Shown piece by piece: positions 37,239 to 49,866 of a stretch of 64,000 nucleotides of DNA. The notes below the pieces were generated by a model. It ran no database searches and was not told the DNA's origin. It was given only the letters and a program-made list of their open reading frames with translations. Made by a program: the position numbers and the translations under genes. Source of the DNA: Rhizodiscina lignyota (Eukaryota); NCBI GenBank assembly GCA_010015805.1, contig ML978136.1, positions 310,001 through 374,000 of the forward strand, in the 5' to 3' direction. Positions within the stretch are counted from its first letter, which is position 1. Each line of letters begins with the position of its first letter.

Positions 37239-37410
37239 CCGTGCCCGAACAGTTCGTGACGAACAGACGAGTTGACGATTGCCGCTGTTCACGACGATTT
37301 CCAAGGTTTTCTCAATCTTTCAGATTTTCCATGGAAGAATTGCATTCTGCTATCACTCTAAATTAGATTTATTGGCATCATTGCATTTTTCTCCGTCGGT
37401 ACAAGTTCAC

Positions 37411-39692
37411 TCAGAACGCCGCCTTCCCGGTCTTCACAGTCTTCAGCACTCCAGCGTCTGCCAACTTCTCTATCATGTTAAACAGCATGAAATCGCATCC
37501 CCTCTTCACCACCATGTTGATCGTCACGGGTATAATCTCTTCGTGAAACGTGACATTACTGAAATATGTCGTCTGCCCAATCGGGATCGTGAAATCCGCA
37601 CACGCGAATATCGGACAGATAGACGCACCCGTAATTGCCGCGTGCGCTGGCTTGACGGCAAGGAACGAAGTAGATGGCGGGCCGTTGAGGTCAAGCTCGC
37701 GATAGGATGGAAGTCCGCCAGTGCCAATATCGTAGAGCATTACGCTCTCTGAACAAGATTCCGGCGTCGAGAACTGCAGGTGTTTCTCGTACCAGTCTAC
37801 CGCGGCCTTCTTGGTTTTCAATGCCTGGGCGTATGTTGTAGGGTTGTTGATTGTTGTATTAAAATGTTTCCAGTCACGGTGAGCTGGGTCGAGTGGTGGA
37901 TAGCGACCATCAAACAACTCGGCCCATTTATCAACGAGAGGCTTGCCTACTTCATCGTATTGCGTCCAGGAGTCGATGACGCCTGTCACTGAACTTGTTA
38001 ATGAAAAATTCGAAGCGATCGGGTCGCCAGAGTTGGCGACTGTCTCGGAAAAGTTGAACTTCTTAACAGTCATCCCGAACACGGTCGTCAAATTGCTGAT
38101 GAATGCCTCCAGGATGGGCTGGGCAGCAGAGTTGTTCAATGGGAGATAATCTGTAGGATACAGGATTGTCTTTGGAAATTTGTCCGTATCTGGAACCACC
38201 AGCGGCGAGAGCCCAGTGATGGATGGTGGCTGATGGAGATCTGGCGAATACCTGATGATCATTTGTTAGGGCTGTTCGAGCCAGTTCAAGTAAGATGATA
38301 TACCCACCAAGCTTTTGCGAACTTGACCCATTTTTTGGGGTCTCTGCTGAAGACACCTGCAGTATCGGTTGCCGCTCCAAGTGGGAGAACGCGATCCAAG
38401 CTTATCATGCCTTGACTTGGTCGCTGTCTAACTCATCATCATCAGTTCTCTTCTCTTCAAATCAAGATGAACATCAATATATACTTACCCATACGTCCCA
38501 GAAACCGCAGCGGGTCTCCTCATCGAACTCCCTGTATCACTTCCGATAGCATTGTCGAGCCAGTCGTACCCTGCAACGGAGCATCCACCACCAGACGAGC
38601 TCGCGGAGCACGTGAGATACCCATCTCCGCGAGGGTTGAAGGGGTAATGCTCGTCTTGCCAGTCCCACGGATTGGCTCCAGAGGCGAATTGAGCGAGCTT
38701 GTACTTGCCTACCAGCACGCCTCCGAGATCATACTGGAGAATGTCAGCCGATGCTTGCACTTCAACTACACAGCCTGCGGTAAGGCTTACGATTCTTTGG
38801 ATTGACGGTGCCGTGGCATTTGCAATGGGTGTGATGTACGCCCACGCTTGACTTCCGCCTGACGTTTGCAGACCCTTTATGTCATAGAGATCTTTGATCG
38901 CAACCCTCACACCTGCGAGAGGACGTGTATCGCCGATGCTGTAAAGTCGCGAAGGCACGCTGCAACGTTTCAGTGACTTTAATGGATCAAAGGGAGCATG
39001 TATCTTGCTTACGGAATCATCGGATCCCAGAAATGTGGCAGAAACGCACCAAGCGGAATATGCGTGCCCTTGCCGTCGCCAGAATCGTAGGCGCCAAAGA
39101 GGAAGTCGCGGTAAGTATCACTATATAGACGATACACCGGGGAAAAGGAGATTGTGCCATCCTGAATCGACGTGGCGTATGGTCCAGGAGCAATAGAAGT
39201 GGCTGCTGGCACAAACGAGGTCTTGAAAGACCCTCCTTTCGCGGCATTGCTAAATGAACTGTGGAGCATTACATGCTCAACACTCATTGAACTCAGGTAT
39301 TGAACCGCCGAGCTGTCGAGATATGCCCCCGATGTACTTGAAGTGAGGTACACCGAACTCAGGAAGTCCTCCGTCAGGACATCATCTGTGGATATGTATT
39401 CCGCGAGCGTGGCTTTGAGAGAATCTGCAGTAACTGTTTTCCCCGAAGTCGAGATGACAGTGGCAAGCCCTGTGCCACTAGAACCTGAAAAGGCGGCCTT
39501 TAATTTTGCTTTAGGCTGCTTCAGGGCAGCAAGGTATGATATGTTGCCGATCTGGAAGATTTCATCTCCATTTGGGGTGCTTGTGACAGGGACATAGCTA
39601 GAACGTTGCACAACTGCAGCAGACGCAGACAATAGGAAATACGCAAAGCACAGTACCAGGACTTGAAATTTGTAGAGAACTTGGGAATCCAT
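37411..39692 (-). CDS. Secreted amidase-signature family protein, 5 exons
   Basis: Signal peptide; VAIKDLYD (Lys), [20 protein letters not shown] (Ser-cisSer-Lys triad). Confidence 0.92.
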
Positions 39693-40247
39693 ATTGTCAA
39701 ACGTCGCTCTCTCGCCCTGGATAGCCCCAGTCGAATAAATTCAACTACATAGCTGTTCCTCTTATATATGCACCGACACCGCACGAACGCACACCGGATT
39801 CATCACATTTAGCCATTCTTCCTCAAACGACCCGTTAGTTCCGGGGAGCTGTTCAGAAGGAATGCAGCTTGACTATACTAAAAAGGCTGGTGAAGAAGCG
39901 AAGGTGGATGCACGATGGTCGATAGTACCGCTGCCAATCGTTATCTCCTTATCGCAGCACCTGCATATGTTATTAATGCAAGGCACGCTCAGGACGCAGA
40001 GAACCGATTTGCTCAACTTACAACTGCGGGGAGATCTGGTCCGTAGGCGCACAATAATACGAGATGGCCTTCGTGTCGATTTTTCGGGTGGTGGTTGCCG
40101 ATTATTGATAGCTCGCTTTGAGGTGAGTCGAACAGGCGTGCCTGGATAGCTCCGGATGTGCATCGAACTAAGTGACCAAAAAGGTGGCTGCACTAAATTG
40201 CTGAGAGAGCGGCAATTCTGTTTGCACACTCGATGTCGGTCTATTAC

Positions 40248-41786
40248 TCATATCGCAAAGCCACTCTGCCACCATTTCTCGCTACTGTACCATCTCACCC
40301 ATGCTCCTCCCCAGCACCACCATCCATCCTTCGGTGTCCCCATACCCAACGCGCGCAGTGGACTGAACGGGACAGGCTCAATGAGCCAAAGTCCTCCTCT
40401 CGCAAAGTCATCACACAGTAACGGAGCGGTGTAATAGAGCCAAACATGGGCATAAACCACATTCGCAAGTTGCCGGATTAGCTTTGGCGTCTTCGTGGAT
40501 ATACCAGTTCTTCGGAGCCATTGTCCAGCAAGAATCTGGACCATGATACCAAATGGCTGGAGCATGAAGAAGAGGAATGGTCCTCTCAATGGCCGTGTTT
40601 GACCAAGCTGACTGTAACTTCCGCTGGCATGTAGAAATCCAGAAAGTGAGAAAGCAACGAGAACTTGAAAGAACCTTCCGGTGCTGCTTCTTTTGTCAAG
40701 TCCCGCCAATTCGATGACCCGTGCCGATATTGATTCGAAAGCAAAGCGGAATGCTTGATGCCACCACCCACCCCACCAGCCAGCGAGTCCTTTGTCCAGA
40801 ATAGTGCGGAAACTTCCCCAAAGATCAGGGTACATCCAAACTTCGCCGCGGACGCCGATTTGTTCTCGTCCAAGCAGTCCAACGAAGAAAAGAGGGCCAA
40901 GAGCGAATATCGTCTTCATTACTGTGTGTATGATGAGCAGGCTTGTCAGCCCTCTGTAGCTCCAGACAAGCATCCGCCTGCTAAGAACGAAAGACGGCAG
41001 CCATGAGGGGCCATCGCTCTCGACCAAACCCCAGAAGTAAGGATCATGGATGGTGATGACTTTCATAAAGTCGAGGACGATATAACCAATGATGACGGTA
41101 CGTAATTTAACTCGGAGAAGTTCGCTCTTGCTGCTGTAGCGCCGTGTGCCATCTCGACCGGTGTCCGAATCGTAAGTAGTATCATCGCCGAGTTGCTGGC
41201 GCACCTCTAGAGGTAATGGTGGTAAGGCAGGAAGCTGCCAGTTCCACCCGATGCCTCTGAACTGAGTGAAAATATCCGCAACCCAATCTACACGCTCAAT
41301 GAAGGAAGACAGTTGATAGTGTTGCCATACTAGAGAGTTCTCGGCAGTCTTCTCGTTACTGTCGTTGTTTGCGAGAGTGCCGTTCGACTGTGCTGTGGAC
41401 ATTTTCACGGTTCCAGTGAAGCCTCTTCTTGCAGCGACTCTTTTGAAATCCATTTGCGCATCGTAGACCACAAGTAGGATCATAGTCCATAATATGGCGT
41501 ACGCAGATATCAAGCCAACAACATAGCCATTGTTGAGGACTGCACAACTAAACAATATGGAATATATGGAGAAGCACACGTTGAACGCCCAGATGACATA
41601 GCGGGCCTTGCGGAGTAGAGGCGAGCTTTGGTGAGGAATCAGAAGATAGAAAATAACCACATAAGCCCCAAGTGCACAGAAAGGGTATGTGAAAGGCACA
41701 CATTTGCCAGATTGGATATTGGCTTCATATTTTGCAAGCAGTTGTGCCTTGGCTTCGACGTGAGACTCCGGGAGGTAAAGCGACAT
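40248..41786 (-). CDS. Membrane-bound O-acyltransferase (MBOAT_2, wax synthase-like), intronless
   Basis: RGIGWNW, GLAGWWGGWWHQAFR, AFSLSGFLH, FFMLQPFG. Confidence 0.9.
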   Translation of the reverse strand: MSLYLPESHVEAKAQLLAKYEANIQSGKCVPFTYPFCALGAYVVIFYLLIPHQSSPLLRKARYVIWAFNVCFSIYSILFSCAVLNNGYVVGLISAYAILWTMILLVVYDAQMDFKRVAARRGFTGTVKMSTAQSNGTLANNDSNEKTAENSLVWQHYQLSSFIERVDWVADIFTQFRGIGWNWQLPALPPLPLEVRQQLGDDTTYDSDTGRDGTRRYSSKSELLRVKLRTVIIGYIVLDFMKVITIHDPYFWGLVESDGPSWLPSFVLSRRMLVWSYRGLTSLLIIHTVMKTIFALGPLFFVGLLGREQIGVRGEVWMYPDLWGSFRTILDKGLAGWWGGWWHQAFRFAFESISARVIELAGLDKRSSTGRFFQVLVAFSLSGFLHASGSYSQLGQTRPLRGPFLFFMLQPFGIMVQILAGQWLRRTGISTKTPKLIRQLANVVYAHVWLYYTAPLLCDDFARGGLWLIEPVPFSPLRALGMGTPKDGWWCWGGAWVRWYSSEKWWQSGFAI

Positions 41787-42113
41787 ATTTCAAGAGGCCA
41801 CGTCCCAGTGTCTGTTCGAGGTGGGACTTATAGTGACATGATGACCACTAGAGGGGCGTTTAAAGGAAATTGACCGGCAAGAGAAGTTAAGCATTGCTGT
41901 GGCGTGGATTTTAAGATCGATGACGGAGTCGCGTCACGCCCGACTTCCAAAAGTCGCGTCCCACTTGCCCAAATTCGTCAAAGCTAAAAATCGACCACCC
42001 ACCAGTGTGTTAACCACCACCACTTCTTCGACTTCACCCATTCAACAAACCAGATTCATATATATCCCAATTTCTTATCGCACCTTTCGTATAAAGGTCC
42101 AAAAGCAATCAAG

Positions 42114-43475
42114 ATGGTGAATATAACGGAGAAGATCAAGGAGTATGTGGATGTCACGCTGAGGATGGAATTTAAACCTAACATCACTTCAGGATAGAGC
42201 AGGAGATGGCGAGGACACAGAGTATGCCTCTGATCCAGATTTTGCAATAAAAGACTAACATCTCCAACTAGAAAATAAGGCAACTGGTAAATTATCCACT
42301 TTCGTTACAGATTTGCTGTATTGACACCCCATGCAGAATATCATCTCGGTCTATTGAAAGGGTTTGATTATCCCCTCTCCTTTCAGATAACAGCTCCCGC
42401 TAACAAATGGGGCAGAAAACTCGCCCGTCTACGTGCCCAACTACTTGAACCAGGACCCGGCAGTGGAGGAGGTGGAGGCGCAGGCTTCGACGTCAGCAAG
42501 AGCGGTGATGCACGTATTGCGCTCGTCGGCTTCCCGTCAGTTGGAAAATCGACGTTTCTCTCGAAAATCACGAAGACGAAGAGCGAGGTTGCCGCGTACG
42601 CGTTCACGACTCTTACGGCGATTCCGGGCGTACTTGAGTATGGCGGAGCAGAGATTCAAGTGCTCGATCTCCCCGGTATTATTGAAGGAGCAGCGGAGGG
42701 GAAGGGAAGAGGGAGACAGGTCATTTCAGCAGCAAAAGTGCGACTCGTCCAATGAGCTCATCTCTTGTTCAACCACTAACGTGACTAGACGAGCGATCTC
42801 ATTCTAATGGTCCTGGACGCCACAAAGCGTGCGGAGCAACGCGCCCTCCTCGAAGGCGAACTTGAAGCGGTAGGCATCCGCTTAAACAAAGAACCTCCCA
42901 ACATCTACCTCAAGCCCAAGAAGGCCGGTGGTATGAAAATTACATTTCAGTCACCGCCAAAAGTACTCGACGAGAAGATGGTCTTCAACATCTTGCGCGA
43001 CTACAAACTGTTAAACGTAGAGGTACTGGTCCGCGACGAGAATGCTACTGTAGACGACCTGATCGACGTCATCATGGCACCGCATCGCACTTACATCAAG
43101 TGTCTATACGTGTATAACAAGATCGACTCCGTTTCGTTGGACTTCTTGGACAAGCTGGCCCGCGAGCCTAACACTGTGGTCATGAGCTGCGAGCTTGATT
43201 TGGGTATCCAAGATGTTGTAGAACGTTGCTGGGAGGAGCTCAGGTTGATTAGGGTTTACACGAAGAGGAAGGGCATCGATCCGGATTTCAGTGAGGCGCT
43301 GATCGTGCGGAGCAACTCGACGATCGAGGACGTGTGCGATCAGGTTCACCGCACACTCAAGGAGACGTTCAAATACGCGCTTGTCTGGGGCGCGAGCGCG
43401 AGACACATGCCGCAAAGAGTTGGCTTGGGACATGTAGTTTCGGATGAAGACGTCGTCAGCATAATTGCTAAATAG
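42114..43475 (+). CDS. RBG2: DRG-family ribosome-interacting GTPase, 6 exons
   Basis: Spliced [64 protein letters not shown]-terminal TGS domain. Confidence 0.93.
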
Positions 43476-43566
43476 ACAGATCTCATGGCGCTCTAATTAT
43501 TTTGTCCAACTCCGTTTGCGATCTCCATCGTTTCCCCCTCTCACTTCCTCGTTCCCCAGTCTTCAT

Positions 43567-45260
43567 TTACAGTCTCGACCGCGACTCGGACTTCCTGTTG
43601 AGCTGCAGTCTATCTACCTTCTCCAATCCATATTCCTTCAGCAGCTGCTCAGTCTTGGCTGATTGCGCCGCCAGCTTATCCCGGCACTCCTGAGCCCTCT
43701 TGTTCTCATTTCTTCCCAGCTGCAGTGCGTGGACTTCGCTAGGCCCATCGACCTGTTTCGATATTAGTGTCATTCAGTAGCATATCACGTGTCAGGGGTA
43801 CTCACAATAGCCATCGTCCTACCATGCGCATACATACTCGGAAGCGGCGTATCCTGGCAGACACCACCACCACCGTGCGCCTGGATAGCCCAATCCAAAG
43901 TCTTCAGCAGCACCTCCGGCACGAAGATCTTCGCCTGCGCAATCTCCTTCTTCGCGCCCTTGGCATCGCTATTATCGATCTTCATCGCCGCATCTAGTAC
44001 CACCAACCTCGCGGCATCAATCTCAATCCTCAGCCTCGCCAACCGATCCAGCATGACACCGTGCTCGCTAAGCTGCTTGCCAAATGGCTTCTTGCGCGGG
44101 TCGTTGATGCGCGCGATCATGTACTCCAAGCCCTTCTCCGCCGCACCGATGCTGCGCATCGCGTGATGGATACGTCCGGGACCGAGGCGACCCTGGATGA
44201 TCTCGAAGCCGCGGCCGGGGCCGAGCACCATGTTGCTCTTGTGCACGCGCACGTTGTCGAAGGAGACGTGGCCGTGACCGTGCGGCGCGTCGTCGTATCC
44301 GAAGACAGACAGCATGCGGTGGATCGTAATGCCCGGGGTGTCAGCGGCGACGAGGATGACGGATTGCTGGAAGTAGGGATCCGGGTTGTGGGGGTCGGAC
44401 TTGCCCATGGTGATGTAGACCTGGCAGCGTGGGTCACCGGTGCCGGAGGACCACCATTTCTGTGAGAAGTTAGCGGGTTGGGTGGAGAAGAGGAATAAGA
44501 ATGATGATGTACCTGGCCGTTGAGCACCCAGTAGTCGCCGTCTTGAGTCATACTGAGCTCGATATTCCTAGCGTCGGATGAGGCAACCTGGGGCTCGGTC
44601 ATGAGGAAAGCAGAGCGGATCTCGCCAGCAAGGAGTGGCTTGAGCCATTTGTCTTTTTGTTCTTGTGTGCCGTACTTCGCGAAGACCTCCATGTTACCAG
44701 TGTCAGGGGCAGCGCAGTTCGTAGCCTATGCGCACCAAACATTAGTCTATACTCCGCTGAGAGAAGAGCCAAACATCTCAAATGATCATGGAGCTCTTCG
44801 AGTCGTCCGTACCTCGCTAGCAGTAGTACTCTTGCCCAAGCATTCAGCCATGAGACCGTATTCCAGATTGCTGAAGCCAGCTCCTTCCGTGAAGTGGTTC
44901 TTCGGCAAGAACATGTTGAACAGACCCAGCTTCCTTGCCTTGACCTTCAAGTCCTCCATGACCTGTGGGTGGGCACTGAAGCGCTCCTCGATCGTCCTAC
45001 CGGTCTGCTGGGCGTAGATGGGGTCTGCTGGGATGCATTCTTCGTAGACGAACTTCTCGACCTGATTGTGGCATGGTTAGCAGGTCGGTAGCTACATATA
45101 GGGGCAATTGAGCCCTATATTGGAAACAAGGGTCATATGAAGAGATATTTGGAGGTCAGGAGAGCATTACAATGTCCAGGGTCTTAGCTGCCCGCTCGCT
45201 CACGAACGGCTTCGCGATGGCGGGAATGCGCTGGGAGGCTGTGAGTGGCTGTCTCGACAT
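43567..45260 (-). CDS. Peroxisomal acyl-CoA dehydrogenase (ACAD10/11-like), multi-exon
   Basis: [44 protein letters not shown]; ends SRL (PTS1). Confidence 0.94.
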
Positions 45261-45405
45261 GGTTGCTTTTGTTATGGATATGTAGAGAATGAAAGTTATA
45301 TGTTCAAGGACAGCTTATACAGAATATCCAGACAGGAGGTGAAGAGTAGTAAGTTCTCGGTGATCTACGGTAAGTTCTGCTCCCCGCAACTCAATCTCGA
45401 GCTCC

Positions 45406-45411
45406 CCTCGG
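45406..45411. promoter_or_regulatory. CCTCGG FarA/FarB (CTF1) core element in the acyl-CoA dehydrogenase promoter
   Basis: CCTCGG about 146 bp upstream of the ATG, plus CCGAGG at 45699-45704; this core is known from beta-oxidation and peroxin promoters in Aspergillus. Confidence 0.5.
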
Positions 45412-46506
45412 TTGTCTGGGTGCGGAGGAGAAGACCCCAATGCCAGCAGAACCCTTGGTACGAACTATTTTTGATGCGCGACGGAGAAAAAGGATTATAT
45501 GGGCTTATGCTTTGCAAATTGGCCGAAGTAAAAGTTTCTAGGATACACTTGACTAGAGCTGAACTAATAAAATGCTTTCGAAATTAGTCCTACAAGATGA
45601 ATGGGGCTTCGCTGTTTCTCTCGTGTGCAAAACTGCCCAAGACCAACTTCGGATAGAAAGCTGGCATCAAAGACTCAGCTTAACCATTCATGGATAGACC
45701 GAGGCTCAAGGCAGATCGTATCCCGTCGATGAATCTATTTTACCCCAAGCGGTAACAGTTCGTTTGCTCCCTCCCACGGTGATCATTCGTCTTTATTGCT
45801 TTGAAATCACCCACTGGAGTTTCAATTGGCTCGAAATACTGTACAAGAAGGAAGCTTGGTGTATTTTAATCCACCGGAAATGTGACCTGATATTAATCAC
45901 ACCAGCGTCTTTATCCCGGTGGACTCACGGCCCCGGTGGAGGATTGAATTGCGTTAGCCTAGCTTGAGCCGCATATCTGTTGGTTTATTCGAAAGACGGC
46001 GATAATACTAATAACGCTGGATCTCTTATATCTAGAGCAAGTAAGAAGTATTTTTGTCGTGTACTTTCGCGAAGTTCAAGGAGACATTTCTTCCTCTTTG
46101 ACAGTGGTGTATCTACGCATTAGATTAATTGAGAAGGCGCCTCGAGTATCCATCCACCATTGAAATACCTTCAGTTGTGTCAACTATTAGCTGTATGTAA
46201 TCACTTTCACCTTGACATTGTAACTTTTGTCGTTATATTAATAGTCTTCCAGCGGATGAGAGATCAGAATTGCAGATAACGTGAAATTGACCACATGTAC
46301 ATTGTAAATTCTTTTCTAGATTGCTCCTCGAGGGTATATGGGTAACGACCGCTCATATCGTACAACTACCTGCCCCTGATCCGAGCCAAATTGAAATAAT
46401 AGCAAGTTAGATCCAGTCATCAACCATCCACGCCATCGCTCAATGCGGCCGTGATATAACGATCTGATCCTATTGAGAGCCCTCTCCAATGTCATTCATT
46501 CATACT

Positions 46507-48374
46507 TCAACTGTCTCCCTTTCCGTCCTCCTTCGCGAGCGCCTTCTCCCAGGCAGCTTCGAACCCGCTCTTCCCGCTCTTCCCGCCATTCTCAGTCTCC
46601 TCCGCGCCAATCTCATGGTCATTCTCCTTCTCTTTGCCCACTCCATTCCCCATTCCGGCAGTGCCCGGCCTCGAACACTCCACAGACGACAACCCCGGGA
46701 GCGTAATCTCCGGTGCCTCGAAGTCAAAATTGCTGCTATAAACCACAGCTGCAAAAGCTTCCAAATCCCTGACCTGCTCCATCCCAGCAAGGTACTCATT
46801 CCCACCGACACCCGGCACTCCCCCCGCTGCCGCACTGCTCGCCAGCCCTACGCCTGACGCCATCCCACCCTGTCCGCCGGATCCAATGACGTGCGCCTGA
46901 CGGCAGAAGACAGCGAGCGTGTTCGCGACTTTAGCTTTTACTTCCTTCGGGTTGACTAGTTCTATCACGCGGGACGTGGAGGCCGAGGTGGGAGGGATCT
47001 TGTAGGCCAGACTGGCGATTTTGTTGTCGATGAGGAGGGAGAAGGCGGAGTCAAGGAGGAGAGTGAGGACGTGGTGGAAGGAGGGGGAGTCGATTAGGTC
47101 AGAGGATTCGTCGAGAAGTCGTCGGAGGGTTGGTGGTATTGAGGTAGTTTCGGACGTTTCGGTAACAGTAATTGGAGATGAGGGTGGTGAGTTAGCAGGA
47201 AGGATGCCGGACACTTGTTGGAGTACTGAGGCCTCTTCGTCCGCTGGTGGGAGGAGGTATGGAAGATATTTCGTTGTTCTACGGTAATCAATTAGTAGAT
47301 GTTATGAGAGAATACGGATAGAGAGTGCACAAACCTTCTGTCCTGCTCCGTCGAGCCCTCAATTTTCTTTCGTACCTCCACCGTGAGTTCCGACAGCTTC
47401 TCCAACGATATGTCTTCTCTTGGGCTGAGCGGCCCAAAGACTTCCTTCACAGCCTGCAAGACCTTTTGCATGATCTCCTTGCATCCGCGGTGGAGTAGCC
47501 ACCAGCTGAAGCTTAGGTACTTTCGATTCGTCTCGTAATCATTGCCATATGCATTCTCGAAGTTGTCATCGTCGTGGTTTTCGAGGAAGATATGATGGTT
47601 GTTGTCCTGCGAGGAGGACGGAGGAGAGGCGAGGGAGACGACTGATGCCAGGTAGTTGCGGCGACCGAGGAGGTTGAGTTGGATGCGCGTCAGAAGGGTG
47701 AGGAGAGATAGCGTATAGATCAAAGTGAAAGCGCGCGCAATTGCTGAGCAGAGTTAGCCGGATAACCCCTCAAGGCCATCAAGGTACACTCACAGCTTAT
47801 TTTGATATCGTTCCACATCTGCACCTTCGACCTCTTCGGCTGTGATGCAACATCCGCCTTCTCTCCATTGCCAGTTTCGCTTGGCGCGACCTGGCTGGCA
47901 TGCACGTAACTCTCGCTCTCGCTGAAGTTGGTCAAGCTCTTCCCATCTATCTCTGTGAGGCTTGGTGGACCTGATGGCAGGTCCGTCGAGACTTCTGACA
48001 TGGCCACCCCACTCCGCGCCAATCGCTCAACCTTCTGCTTCTGCAGCTCATTGAGCGTCTGCTCGACCGGCAGCGCCTCAATGATGTTCTCGGTAGCGGT
48101 CGGCAAGATGGCGAGGATGGTGAAGGTGCAGTCCTCTTGGTTCTGCTCGAATCTCCTCCGGAGGCTGGGGCGACATTATCAGCGACAGGCCACAGAGCAA
48201 ACTGAAGATGGCTCACTTCTCCCTCGCGATCCTCTCGTCGCTCATGCGCTGCCGCGCCTCGGTCACCTTGTTCAAGACATACTGCCCAGCAAGGTATCCA
48301 CCAGCGGCCACCCCTGCGCCGATGGCAAAGCTCCCGCGGTTCCTGCGAAACCAATTCCTCGCGCGGTCGAACAT
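46507..48374 (-). CDS. PEX3: Peroxin Pex3, 4 exons
   Basis: NWFRRNR followed by a TM segment, LRRRFEQNQEDC, LLTRIQLNLLGRRNYL, YLSFSWWLLHRG, LEAFAAVVYSS. Confidence 0.95.
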
Positions 48375-48529
48375 GTCGTCGACCTGGATGCCGTTACCTC
48401 TGCAGCTTCATACCACAGAGCTGTGAATCGAACGGTGCTCAGAGACGGCAGAGAGCGCAGTCGAGAGCGAGCGGCGGCAGCTCCTGTGTCGGCGCTGTGT
48501 CGTCAGTAATCCTAATTCCCAAGTTTCCG

Positions 48530-48535
48530 CCGAGG
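48530..48535. promoter_or_regulatory. CCGAGG FarA/FarB core element in the PEX3 promoter
   Basis: Reverse complement of CCTCGG about 156 bp upstream of the PEX3 ATG. Confidence 0.45.
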
Positions 48536-48921
48536 TTCCTGGCGAAGTCGCGTGCGGGTCGACGTGCCCAGCTGGAGCTGCCACGTGACGAGGGCGGGAC
48601 GTCATAAGGAACCCCCATGCCCGACCCATCGCTTCACCCCACCATGAAATGAGATGAATGAGCCGCGTCTAACCACTTCTACGTACCCCCCACATGACAT
48701 ACTCAGCCATCCAAACCTCCATTGCAGCCCAACGCAATCATAAGACTCATCCACCACGCCAGCGCACTCTCTCACGAGCTGCAACAATGACATAGCCGCC
48801 CTCTCCCTCGCCGTCCCTCCAGGGAGCCCGTCAAACTTCCTCACAACCCCTTGACGGCCTTCGCTCCGCCACCCTCCAATCACCGCTCCCCTAATTCACG
48901 ACCTCGAACATCTTCACGATA

Positions 48922-49637
48922 ATGGATCCGACCACGGCATCTCCAACAACGCCGCGCCAGCGCACCCCCGACTACACCCTCGACATCTTCGCCGACCCCA
49001 CCTTCGCAAAGGACATCATCAAAGCCGTGCTGCACACAATCTTCTTCCACCGCTACTTCACGCCCATCGTGCCCGTCTCGCGCGACCTGCTCGACCTGAC
49101 GTTGCCTGCGATTGACGACGTAGACTTGGAGACGCTGATCGACCAGCGTGCGAGCGCGTTGGTGCGCGAGCTGGGCTCGGGAGAAGGCGGGGGCCTGGGC
49201 AGAGGAGGGGGCTACGGTGCCGGTGGAATGGGAGGAATGTCTGGGGCATCGAGGGGCCAGCTTGCAGTTCAGTTCTATGAGAAGAGGAGGAGAAAGGGAT
49301 ATACTTTCTTTGGCAAGGGGGACGAGGAGGTATGTTGGGAGCAGTGGACGCTGGACGTCACGCTGGCGACGCCGAGGACGGAGACAGGTATGCGCCTCTC
49401 TCTCGAGGAAGTTTGCTTCTGTGAAGTGCGAGAATTGACGCGAGAACAGATGTTATCAAAGTGCGACGCGCGATGGAGAAGAGCCTCCAGAAGACGACGA
49501 TGAAGATAATCGACATTGTCAATCGCGATAAGGGGCACATCCCCCCAATCACGACAACAGAGAGCAATCCGTTTCCGTATCAGATACTGGTGAATCCGAA
49601 GAATGACGGGTGGAGCCAGCGGATGGGGATATTCTGA
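48922..49637 (+). CDS. ATG101: Autophagy-related protein 101 (DUF1649, HORMA), 2 exons
   Basis: AVLHTIFFHRYF, VQFYEKRRRK, EEVCWEQWTL, HIPPITTTESNPFPYQI. Confidence 0.9.
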
Positions 49638-49866
49638 GCATGATATGGCCTGGATGAAAGAGGGGGATACTTGTTGAAAAGATATGGGCATTTCAGGTCG
49701 TTTCGGCGTTGATACACTGTACAAATACTTGATACCCATTCTCATCGGTCGACATAGGGTTACACGTGTCAGTTAGATCGTCTTGTTTTCCGCCATAGCT
49801 AGAGGCGGCTCTTTTAGAAATAGCAAATACCAGTCGTATGTACATGTCTCCAGCATCGCCCGCCAT

